Translations under genes and position numbers: made by a program
Assembly (NCBI GenBank): GCA_964557415.1
Contig: CAZLBB010000001.1
Coordinates: 3,373-67,372, forward strand
Length of the DNA: 64,000 nucleotides
DNA from: an uncultured Rhodospirillaceae bacterium
GTDB taxonomy: Bacteria; Pseudomonadota; Alphaproteobacteria; JAEULC01
Direction: 5' to 3'
Notes under the pieces: model-generated
Databases searched by the model: none
Told to the model about the DNA's origin: nothing
What the model saw: only the letters and a program-made list of their open reading frames with translations
Part shown: one piece after another, positions 54,698 to 64,000 of the stretch
Layout: each line of letters opens with the position of its first letter
Position numbering within the stretch: position 1 is the stretch's first letter

Positions 54698-55870
54698 ATG
54701 CAGGACTTTGCGAATTCGCGCCTGTTCTCGCCCTTCACGCTGGGCGGCGTCACGCTGCCCAACCGCATCGTCATCGCACCGATGCAGATGTACGAGGCCG
54801 AGGACGGCTTCGCGAACGACTGGCACCTGGCGCATCTCGGCCGCTTTGCCATCGCGCGCGCCGGCCTCGTGTTCACGGAAGTGCTTTGCGTCGAGCCGCG
54901 CGGCCGCAGCACGTACCGCGACTGCGGCATCTGGAAGGACGAGCACATCGCGCCGCTCGCCCGCGTCGCCGCGCTGCTCAGGCGCTGCGGCTCGGTGCCG
55001 GGCGCGCAGATCGGGCATTGCGGGCCCAAGGCGGCGCGCCAGAAGCCGTGGGACGGATTGAGGCCGCTGGGACCCGAGGACGCGGTGCGCGGCGAGCCGC
55101 CCTGGACGCCGGTCGCGAGCACCGCCGAGCCGTCTGCCGATGGCTATCACGTGCCCGCCGCCTTGACGCTCGCCGAGATCGCTGCCGTGGTCGACATGTT
55201 CGGCCAGGGCGCGCGGCGGGTCGCGGCGGCGGGCTTCGACGTGCTCGACATCCACGCGGCGCACGGCTACCTGATCCACAGCTTCCTTTCGCCGATCGCC
55301 AACAAGCGGAGCGACGCCTATGGCGGCGACCGGCAGGGGCGCATGCGCTTCGCCCTCGAAATCGCCGAGGCGGTGCGCGCGCATTTCCCGCGGCCCAAGC
55401 CCATCCTGTTCCGGCTGTCCTGCATCGACCGCGTCGATTCCGGCTGGGACATGGCGGACACGCTGGTCCTTGCGGCCGAGTTGAGGGCCCGCGGCATCGA
55501 TGCGATCGACTGCTCCTCGGGCGGCATCCGCGGCGCGAACTCGCTCGCCGTGTTCGACAAGATCGGCGGACCGCCGCCCGGCTACCAGGTTCCGTTCGCC
55601 GCCGAGATCCGCGGCAAGCTGGGCATGCCGACCATGGCCGTCGGCCTGATCACCGAGCCCACGCACGCGGAGGACATCCTGGCGCAGGGCCAGGCCGACC
55701 TCGTCGCCATCGGGCGCGAGGCGCTCTACGACCCGAACTGGCCCCTTCACGCCGCGATCGCGCTCGCCGGCAAGCGCGACAACCAGCGCCAGTTCGGGTA
55801 TTGGCCGCCCAACTACGGCTGGTGGCTGCAGTACCGCGAGAAGCAGCAGGCGCGTCGGCCGGCGGGGTAG
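54698..55870 (+). CDS. NADH:flavin oxidoreductase (Old Yellow Enzyme family)
   Basis: ORF 53864..55870 trimmed to MQDFANSRLFSPFTLGGVTLPNRIVIAPM, the typical OYE N-terminus. AGAGGAG SD upstream. Confidence 0.85.
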   Translation: MQDFANSRLFSPFTLGGVTLPNRIVIAPMQMYEAEDGFANDWHLAHLGRFAIARAGLVFTEVLCVEPRGRSTYRDCGIWKDEHIAPLARVAALLRRCGSVPGAQIGHCGPKAARQKPWDGLRPLGPEDAVRGEPPWTPVASTAEPSADGYHVPAALTLAEIAAVVDMFGQGARRVAAAGFDVLDIHAAHGYLIHSFLSPIANKRSDAYGGDRQGRMRFALEIAEAVRAHFPRPKPILFRLSCIDRVDSGWDMADTLVLAAELRARGIDAIDCSSGGIRGANSLAVFDKIGGPPPGYQVPFAAEIRGKLGMPTMAVGLITEPTHAEDILAQGQADLVAIGREALYDPNWPLHAAIALAGKRDNQRQFGYWPPNYGWWLQYREKQQARRPAG

Positions 55871-55887
55871 CCCCGCGCCGGCGGCGG

Positions 55888-56256
55888 CTAGTCGAACCGC
55901 AGCACCGACCTGCCGACCCAGCCCGGCAGCTGGTCCGGGCGCGCGGGCGCGAAGAGCTCGTAGTAGACGCAGCCTTGCGGCCCCACGCCGACGGCGGCGT
56001 GGCGGCTGCCCGGCGGGAAGAAGACGAGGTCGCCGGGCATCGCCTCGACGGTCCTGTCGTCGATCTTCAGGGTGATGCTGCCCGAGACCACGATCAGCAT
56101 CTGTTCGTTGTCGTGCCAATGGGTCTTGCCGTCGAACTTCGCGTCGGGCGTCGTGGAGACCAGGACCGCCGACATCTTGTCGCCGCACACGCCGCGGCGG
56201 GTCGATCCCGCGCGCATGCCCGCGACGACCGGGATTTTTTGCCAATCGATCAGCAT
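55888..56256 (-). CDS. Cupin-2 domain small protein
   Basis: ORF 55888..56673 trimmed to MLIDWQKIPVVAG. Cupin core HWHDNEQMLIVVSGSITL...GDLVFFPPGSRHA. Confidence 0.65.
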   Translation of the reverse strand: MLIDWQKIPVVAGMRAGSTRRGVCGDKMSAVLVSTTPDAKFDGKTHWHDNEQMLIVVSGSITLKIDDRTVEAMPGDLVFFPPGSRHAAVGVGPQGCVYYELFAPARPDQLPGWVGRSVLRFD

Positions 56257-56289
56257 CCGTTTTGTCTCCCTGTTGCATGTCACCGCTGC

Positions 56290-56530
56290 GTTCGTCACGT
56301 AAGGTGAAGGGGACGGTGGTGGACGAAGCGACGATCGCCGCCAAGCGCCCGTTTGCTTCCTCCGAGCGCTTGCGTTCGGTGACGTCCAGGGCGACGCCGC
56401 GGATCCAGCGCGAACGGCCATCGGCGTCCCGCGCGACGATGCCGCGCCGGTGCAGCCAGCGCAGCTCGCCGCTCGGCCAGACGACGCGGCATTCCTGCTC
56501 GAAGTGTTGGATCTCGCCGCGGCGCGCCGT
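56290..56530 (-). pseudogene. Remnant of a PAS/PAC sensor gene (PAC motif plus start of a following PAS domain)
   Basis: Minus-strand translation gives EIQHFEQECRVVWPSGELRWLHRRGIVARDADGRSRWIRGVALDVTERKRSEEANGRLAAIVASSTTVPF. This is a textbook PAC box plus linker and the onset of a next PAS domain (AIVxSS). It begins right after an in-frame stop and runs into the cupin gene, with no PAS core upstream and no kinase domain downstream. Confidence 0.5.
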
Positions 56531-56799
56531 TCATGGATGTCGATGCTCCTGGCGACATAGCCGGCGCGTCGCCCCGCCCCGGGGAGTCGCGACCTTCCCC
56601 GCTGCCTCGCTTCCCCCGCTCGGATCTGCTGCACCCGATCTCCTCCCGGCCCTCCCGGCCGGGCCTTATGCACGGCACAGTAGACCGGCTATGCCGGCGA
56701 AGATAGCACCGCCGCGCCCGATCGATACCGCCCGCGCCTTGACGCGGGGCAGCGCCCCCTTTCAAGCTGGCCCGCGCAAGAGCGAGGGAGGAAAAGGCG

Positions 56800-57858
56800 A
56801 TGAAGGGCGTGGTGTTTCCGGGCGACCGCCGGATCGAGTTCAGGGAGTTTCCCGATCCGACGCCCGGGCCCGGCGAGGTCGTGCTCGAGATCAAGGCCTC
56901 GGGCATGTGCGGCAGCGACCTCAAGTTCTACCGTGCCAGCGCCGCGTCCGGTGCCGCCTCGCTCGGGCTCGGCGGCGGCAAGGGCCCGGTCATCGCCGGC
57001 CATGAGCCCTGCGGCGTGGTCGCCGCGGTCGGCGCCGGCGTGCCGGAGAACCAGGCGCGGCCCGGCATGCGCACCATGCAGCACCACTACCGCGGCTGCG
57101 GCGTCTGCCCGCATTGCTCGACCGGCTGGATGCAACTCTGCGTCGAGGGCGTTGCGGAAGTCTACGGCGTGACCGGCCACGGCGCGCATGCGCGCTACAT
57201 GAAATGCCCGGCACGCACGCTTGTGCCGCTGCCGGAGGAGCTGAGCTTCGACGCCGGCGCGGCGATCGCCTGCGGCACCGGCACGGCCTGGGGCGCGCTG
57301 CAGCGGCTCGGCCTGCAGGGCCACCACACCATCGCCGTGTTCGGCCAGGGTCCGGTCGGGCTCTCGGCGACGATGCTGGCCTCGGCCATGGGCGCACGTG
57401 TCATCGCGCTCGATACCAACGACCAGCGCCTGGGGCGTGCCAAGGAGTTCGGCGCCGACGTTCTGCTGAACCCGAAGAACACCAACAACGTGGTGCAGGC
57501 CATCCGCGACCTGACGCACGGGCGCGGCGCGCATCTGTCGCTCGACGCCTCGTCGTCGCCACAGGCGCGGGCCGAGGCCGTGCGCTGCGTGCGCACCTGG
57601 GGCAAGGCGTGCTTCGTCGGCGAGGGCGACACCGTCACGCTCGACGTCAGCAACGACCTGTTGCGCCGGCAGGTGACCCTGATCGGCTCCTGGACCTTCT
57701 CCGCCGTCGGCCAGGCGGAATGCGCGCGCTACATCGCCGATCGCGGCATCGCGGTCGACCGGCTGTTCACCCACCGATGGACGCTGGACCAGGCCGAAGA
57801 AGCCTATCGCCTGTTCGACCGACAAAGCGACGGCAAGGGCGTCATCCATCCGTCCTGA
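56800..57858 (+). CDS. Zinc-dependent alcohol dehydrogenase (MDR family)
   Basis: GHEPCGVV catalytic zinc motif, CGVCPHCSTG structural zinc motif and GQGPVGL NAD-binding motif. Confidence 0.85.
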   Translation: MKGVVFPGDRRIEFREFPDPTPGPGEVVLEIKASGMCGSDLKFYRASAASGAASLGLGGGKGPVIAGHEPCGVVAAVGAGVPENQARPGMRTMQHHYRGCGVCPHCSTGWMQLCVEGVAEVYGVTGHGAHARYMKCPARTLVPLPEELSFDAGAAIACGTGTAWGALQRLGLQGHHTIAVFGQGPVGLSATMLASAMGARVIALDTNDQRLGRAKEFGADVLLNPKNTNNVVQAIRDLTHGRGAHLSLDASSSPQARAEAVRCVRTWGKACFVGEGDTVTLDVSNDLLRRQVTLIGSWTFSAVGQAECARYIADRGIAVDRLFTHRWTLDQAEEAYRLFDRQSDGKGVIHPS

Positions 57859-57909
57859 CCGAGCGCCCGGGCCTGCCCGCGCACACCGGCCGTAGCCGCA
57901 CGACCGTTC

Positions 57910-59880
<1,971 letters not shown>

Positions 59881-59888
<8 letters not shown>

Positions 59889-60780
59889 CGCGCTCCCCCT
59901 TGAGCTTGGGATCGACGAAGTCGCGCAGCCCGTCGCCGATCATGTTGAGGGCGAAGACGACGACCAGGATGGCGACGGACGGCGCCATCGACAGCCACCA
60001 GGTGTCCAAGATGTTCTCGAAGCCCTCGCGGATCATGCCGCCCCAGGTCGGCGTCGGTGGCCGCACGCCGAGCCCGATGAAGCTCAACGAGGCCTCGACG
60101 CGGATGGCGGTGGCGAGCCACAGGCTGCCCATCACCAGGATCTCGGGGAAGATGTTGGGCAGGATGTGCACGGCCATGATGCGCGGGTGCGAGTAGCCGA
60201 GCGCCCGGCAGGCCTCGATGTAATCGCGCTCCTTGACGCTGACCGTCGGCGCGCGGGCGATGCGGGCGAAGGGCGGGATCGCCGTCAGCGCGATGGCGAA
60301 GATCAGGTTGCCGACGCTGGGCCCCATCATCGCCACGACCATGAGGCCGAGGATCAGCGACGGGAAGGACAGCAGCACGTCCATCACCTGCATGATGGCG
60401 ATGTCCAGCCGCCCGCCGAAATACCCCGCCACCATGCCGATCAGCGAGCCGATCACCATCGCGATCAGGATCGAGACGCCGCCGATCCACAAGCTGAGGC
60501 GCGCGCCGTAGACCAGGCGCGACCAGATGTCCCGGCCGTAACCGTCGGTGCCGAGGATGAACTCCCCCGACGGTCCCTTCAGCTTCTCCAGGAAGTTCTG
60601 CTCGAGCGGATCGTGCGTCGCGAGCACTGGCGCGAGGATAGCCGTCACCACCACGATCGCGAACGTCACGAGCCCGACCCAGGAGGTCTTGTTCGTGTTG
60701 AACGCGGACAGAAGCTGCCGCAGCGCGCGACTGGAGCGCAGCGGGGCGGCGGCGGCCGAATCCCCGGTCGCGACGTTCAT
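59881..60780 (-). CDS. ABC transporter permease (DppC/OppC-like)
   Basis: ORF 59881..61812 trimmed to [16 protein letters not shown]. The start overlaps the upstream stop (ATGA). Confidence 0.85.
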
Positions 60781-61718
60781 TGGTACTTCACCCGCGGGTC
60801 GATGAAGCCGTAGGTCAGGTCGGTCAGCAGATTCACGACCACGATGATGAAGGTGTAGACCACCATCAGGCCCTGCAGCATCGTGTAGTCGCGCTGCGTC
60901 AGCGCGCCGACGATCAGCTTGCCGAGGCCCGGCCGGTTGAACACGATCTCGGTCAGCACCGAGTTGCCGATCAGGATGCCGAGATACAGGCCGACCACGG
61001 TAACGACCGGGATCAGCGCGTTGCGCAGGCAGTGCTGCCAGACGACCGCAAGATGCGGCACGCCCTTGGCGCGCGCGGTGCGCACGTAGTCCTCGCCCAG
61101 CACCTCGAGCATCGAGGAGCGCGTCACGCGCGTAATATAGGCGGCCATGATGATGCCGAGATTGACCGAGGGCAGCGCCAGGTGCTGCAGCCGCTCGCCG
61201 AGCGAGCCGCCGCCGCCCGAGCTGATCACCGGGAACCACGACAGCTGGATGGCGAAGGCGAGCAGCAGCATGATCGCCATGACGAAGGCCGGGAAGGACA
61301 GGCCGAGCAGCGAGCCGATGCGCGTGGCGTAGTCGATCAGGCTGTTGCGATGCAGCGCGGACCAGGCGCCGAGCGGCACGCCGATGAGCGCGCCCAGCAG
61401 GATCGAGGCCAGCGTCAGTTCGATCGTGAAGGGGATGACGTTCAGCACCTCGCCGAGCACCGGGCGGCCGGTCACCAGCGACTCGCCCCAGTCGCCGCTG
61501 AGCGCGCCTTGCATGAAATCGACGTATTGCTCGACCAGCGGCCGGTCGAGGCCGAGGCGGACGCGCAGGGCCTGGATCGCCTCGGCCCCCGCCTGCTCGC
61601 CCAGCATCACCTGCGCCGGGTCGCCTGGCAGCACCCGCGCGACGAAGAACACGACGGTCAGCACGGCCAGCAGCGTCGGGACGGCGTATAGCAGGCGCTT
61701 GATCAGGTATTGCAGCAT
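60777..61718 (-). CDS. ABC transporter permease (DppB/OppB-like)
   Basis: [19 protein letters not shown], the typical DppB N-terminus. 313 aa. Confidence 0.85.
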   Translation of the reverse strand: MLQYLIKRLLYAVPTLLAVLTVVFFVARVLPGDPAQVMLGEQAGAEAIQALRVRLGLDRPLVEQYVDFMQGALSGDWGESLVTGRPVLGEVLNVIPFTIELTLASILLGALIGVPLGAWSALHRNSLIDYATRIGSLLGLSFPAFVMAIMLLLAFAIQLSWFPVISSGGGGSLGERLQHLALPSVNLGIIMAAYITRVTRSSMLEVLGEDYVRTARAKGVPHLAVVWQHCLRNALIPVVTVVGLYLGILIGNSVLTEIVFNRPGLGKLIVGALTQRDYTMLQGLMVVYTFIIVVVNLLTDLTYGFIDPRVKYQ

Positions 61719-61730
61719 CGCTTTTCTGCA

Positions 61731-61903
61731 TGTCCCCCCTCCCCTTGCGGGAGGGGGTTTGGGGGAGAGGCAATGGCGCCAAGCGGCAACGCATTGCCGC
61801 TTGGCGCTTCAACCGAACCCTTGGCCGACACTTCGACTTTTCTTTGCGTGCCGCCGCGCGTCCCCTTCCTCCTAACCCCCTCCCGCAAGGGGAGGGGGGA
61901 TCG
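61731..61903. repeat. Intergenic palindromic repeat element, copy C (REP/MITE-like), between the binding-protein and first permease gene
   Basis: Perfect 24-25-bp terminal inverted repeats (tcccccctccccttgcgggaggggg ... ccccctcccgcaaggggagggggga). A central perfect palindrome ggcgccaagcggcaa-cgca-ttgccgcttggcgc lies between them. Confidence 0.6.
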
Positions 61904-61916
61904 GAGTAGAGTCAGC

Positions 61917-63479
61917 TCACTTGAAATGCGTCGTCTCGAGGATCGGCGGACCCAGGCTCAGGCTGCCCTTGAGGTCGTAGCCGAACACCAGGTTGGACTT
62001 GTAGGCGAACACCTGGAGCTGCTCGTGGCTGGGCACGGCGCAGACGTTCTCCATCAGCTTGATCTGCGCGGTGCGCCACAGCGCCTTGGCCTTTGCCGGG
62101 TCGGGCTCGCTGCGCGCGGCGTCGATCTCTGCGTCGGCCTGGTTGCAGTGGGTGAAGTTGGTCACCGCCGTCGGCGTGTTCACCTGGCTGCGCGAATGGA
62201 AGAACTGCGTCAGGTAGATGTCCGCCACCGGCGGGCGCGCCGCCGCGTAGTGCACGATCGGGCTCAGGTCCTTGCGGATCTGCGCATGGAAGGTGGCGTG
62301 CTCGACGACGTCGATCTCCAGGTTGATGCCGACCTTCTTCAGCATCGCCTGCCAGGCCTGCATGGTGGGCAGCATGCCCGACAGGTTGGTGTGGATGATC
62401 TTGAGCGTGAAGCCGTTCGGGTGTCCGGCCTCCTTCAAAAGGGCCTTCGACTTCTCCAAATCGAACGGCAGCAGCGGCACGTCGTCGGCCTGGCCGAGAT
62501 AGCCGATCGGCACGATCGACTTGGCCTCGCGCGCGGTCGAGGCGCCCTTGAGCTGCACCATCGCCTTGCGGTCGATCGCGTGCGCGATCGCCTTGCGCAC
62601 CCGGATGTCCTTGAGGATCTCGTGCTTCGTGTTCAGGTAGATGGACGACAGTTCGGCCGGCTCGATCACGGCCACGACCGCGTCCTTTACCTTCTTGGTG
62701 CGCTCGACCCAGGTCTCGTCCTGCCGGCCGTAGACGAGGTCGAGCTCGCCCGAGGCGAAGGCCAGGTCGCGGCTGGCGTCGGATTCGATGTAGCGGTAGA
62801 CGATCCGCTCCAGCTTCGGCGCGCCGCGGAAATACTGCTTGTTGGCGACCAGCGTCACCGACTGCTGCGGCTTGTACTCCTCGAACATGAATGGGCCGGT
62901 GCCGACCGGCTTGACCTTGAAGTTCTCGCCCGCCTCCTCCGCCGCCTTCTTGCACACGATGTTGCCGCCGTGCAGGTTCGCGACGAACAGCAGCAGGCTG
63001 GGAATCGCGCTCTTCAGCGTGATCTTCACCGTGTACTTGTCGGGCGCCTCGATCTTGTCGATGTCCTTGTAGTCGCTGGCGAACGACGAGGTCTTGGTAT
63101 CGGACGCCCGCTTCAGCGAGTAGACCACGTCGTCCGACGTCAGCTCGCCGTAGCCGCGATGGCATTGCACGCCCTGGCGCAGCGTGAACACCCATTCCTT
63201 CCCGTCCGTGGACCGCGTCCATTTCTCGGCGAGGTCGGGCTCCATCTGCTCCAGGTTGAGCGAGCCCGGCTTGAAGCGCACCAGGCCGTTGAAGATCATC
63301 TGCAGCAGCGCCTTGTCCGGCGTGGTGGCGGTCAGGTGCGGATCCAGCCGGCCCATGTCCTTGGACGCCATGCCGTAGTTCAGCACCGTCTTCTGCGCCT
63401 GCGCCTCGCCCGCCAAGGGCGCCGCGACCAGCAGCGCCGCCCCTGCGAGCAGCGCCGTTGTCAGCCTTCTCATCGTCAT
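61917..63479 (-). CDS. ABC transporter periplasmic binding protein (family 5, DppA/OppA-like)
   Basis: ORF trimmed to MTMRRLTTALLAGAALLVAAPLAGEAQA, a Sec signal. Family-5 binding-protein sequence. Confidence 0.85.
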   Translation of the reverse strand: MTMRRLTTALLAGAALLVAAPLAGEAQAQKTVLNYGMASKDMGRLDPHLTATTPDKALLQMIFNGLVRFKPGSLNLEQMEPDLAEKWTRSTDGKEWVFTLRQGVQCHRGYGELTSDDVVYSLKRASDTKTSSFASDYKDIDKIEAPDKYTVKITLKSAIPSLLLFVANLHGGNIVCKKAAEEAGENFKVKPVGTGPFMFEEYKPQQSVTLVANKQYFRGAPKLERIVYRYIESDASRDLAFASGELDLVYGRQDETWVERTKKVKDAVVAVIEPAELSSIYLNTKHEILKDIRVRKAIAHAIDRKAMVQLKGASTAREAKSIVPIGYLGQADDVPLLPFDLEKSKALLKEAGHPNGFTLKIIHTNLSGMLPTMQAWQAMLKKVGINLEIDVVEHATFHAQIRKDLSPIVHYAAARPPVADIYLTQFFHSRSQVNTPTAVTNFTHCNQADAEIDAARSEPDPAKAKALWRTAQIKLMENVCAVPSHEQLQVFAYKSNLVFGYDLKGSLSLGPPILETTHFK

Positions 63480-63592
63480 TCGGTTAACCCCCGTGCCTAT
63501 CGCCTGCCGGCCTGAAGGCCGCGCGGCGTCGGCCGGATGGTCGCCGGTTTTGCCGGTCCGATGCAAGCCCGAAGGTTGCGCTCCATCGTCGC

Positions 63593-64000
63593 TCAACCGG
63601 TGGTCGCTGCCGGGGCAGGACCGGTCGCAAAGCGATCGATGGCGAAGGGGCGCAGATCCACGTCGGTGCGCCCGTCCAGTGCAAGCTCGCCCAGGATCGC
63701 GCCCATGCCGGGGCCGAGCTGGAAGCCATGGCCGGAAAAGCCGAAGGCGTGGATCAGGCCGGGCGTGGTGCGGCTCGGCCCGATCACCGGGATCTCATCC
63801 GGCATGTTGCCCTCGAGCCCGGTCCAGGTGCGGATCAGCCGCGCGGCCTTGAGCCGCGGCACGGCGTCCAGCACCTCGGCCAGGGACGTGACCGTCGCGC
63901 CCGGGTCCGGGCGCGACAGCCAGGTACCGCGGTCGCCGACGCCGCGCCCGCCGCCGAAGATGACGTTGCCGCGCGCGATCTGGCGCAGGTAGATGCTGCC
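63593..64000 (-). CDS. FAD-dependent oxidoreductase (DAO/glycine-oxidase-like), C-terminal part; start beyond window end
   Basis: C-terminal ...IHAFGFSGHGFQLGPGMGAILGELALDG... motif. The reading frame stays open upstream to the window end (GSIYLRQIARGNVIFGGG). Confidence 0.65.
   Translation of the reverse strand, partial: GSIYLRQIARGNVIFGGGRGVGDRGTWLSRPDPGATVTSLAEVLDAVPRLKAARLIRTWTGLEGNMPDEIPVIGPSRTTPGLIHAFGFSGHGFQLGPGMGAILGELALDGRTDVDLRPFAIDRFATGPAPAATTG

Noticed and set aside
54638-56344. Minus-strand 568-aa ORF with a TTG start
   Set aside because: Its body is antisense to the OYE gene. Only the extreme N-terminal stretch coincides with the PAC-fragment frame, which I report separately as a pseudogene remnant.
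61710-63515. Plus-strand 601-aa ORF
   Set aside because: Antisense to the dppA-like gene. It begins inside repeat element C.

Overview
This is a high-GC (about 68-70%) proteobacterial chromosomal window, compatible with an alpha- or beta-proteobacterium rich in TctC/Bug, TAXI-TRAP and Tat-signal binding proteins. It is densely packed with transport and catabolic genes: I call 51 coding genes, one gene-fragment pseudogene, three copies of a palindromic REP/MITE-like intergenic repeat, a shared operator-like motif and two hairpins. I saw no rRNA, tRNA, CRISPR array, integrase or transposase.

The ORF track uses ATG, GTG and TTG starts and reports the longest ORF, so many entries carry spurious Arg-rich N-terminal extensions. 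I trimmed these back to the first start codon preceded by an SD-like sequence and, where applicable, a signal peptide. Most of the other long ORFs in the track are antisense shadows of real genes and were discarded.

Gene content, in order along the window:
- Position 1-2098: a divergent TAXI-TRAP transporter pair. The fused permease runs off the window start and was recovered by hand translation.
- Position 2147-4157: a family III CoA-transferase and an enoyl-CoA hydratase operon.
- Position 4295-8085: a GntR regulator followed by tctCBA.
- Position 8157-10319: a cysteine-dioxygenase-like cupin fused to four rhodanese domains. This is the most unusual gene in the window.
- Position 10330-13347: a convergent operon of an MBL-fold protein, a second family III CoA-transferase and a citrate-synthase-like citryl-CoA lyase.
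- Position 13468-22156: an envelope-related block with CBS, ICMT-like, secreted BNR, GT39/ArnT-like, GT2, ABC-F and orphan LptF/G-family genes.
- Position 22606-25041: a dimethylglycine-dehydrogenase-family gene with an aldose epimerase.
- Position 26319-33823: a ModE-N-like regulator, a 2-hydroxyacid dehydrogenase, a MetE-like methyltransferase, a DapA-family lyase, an uncharacterized 666-aa protein and a signal-less GGT.
- Position 32228-41536: a Pot-like ABC importer operon with a 1072-aa BNR double-propeller-like protein, a 69-aa membrane protein and the GGT embedded in it.
- Position 41767-46378: a second GntR, two DMT transporters, a polysaccharide deacetylase and a DUF1028 protein.
- Position 46528-55870: a second ABC importer operon with hydantoinase/oxoprolinase HyuA and HyuB inserted between the ATPase and the binding-protein genes, followed by an OYE flavoenzyme.
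- Position 55888-57858: a small cupin, a PAS/PAC sensor gene fragment and a Zn-alcohol dehydrogenase.
- Position 57910-63479: a Dpp/Opp-like ABC operon.
- Position 63593-64000: the C-terminal part of a DAO-like oxidoreductase, with the start beyond the window end.

The main candidates for a previously undescribed system are:
- The CDO-rhodanese fusion with its transporter, regulator and CoA-transferase/lyase neighbourhood, which looks like a putative organosulfur carboxylate catabolic island.
- The ABC importer operon carrying the giant BNR protein, small membrane protein and cytoplasmic GGT.
- The HyuAB-in-ABC-operon module.
- The 22-bp AT-rich motif shared by two distant divergent promoters.
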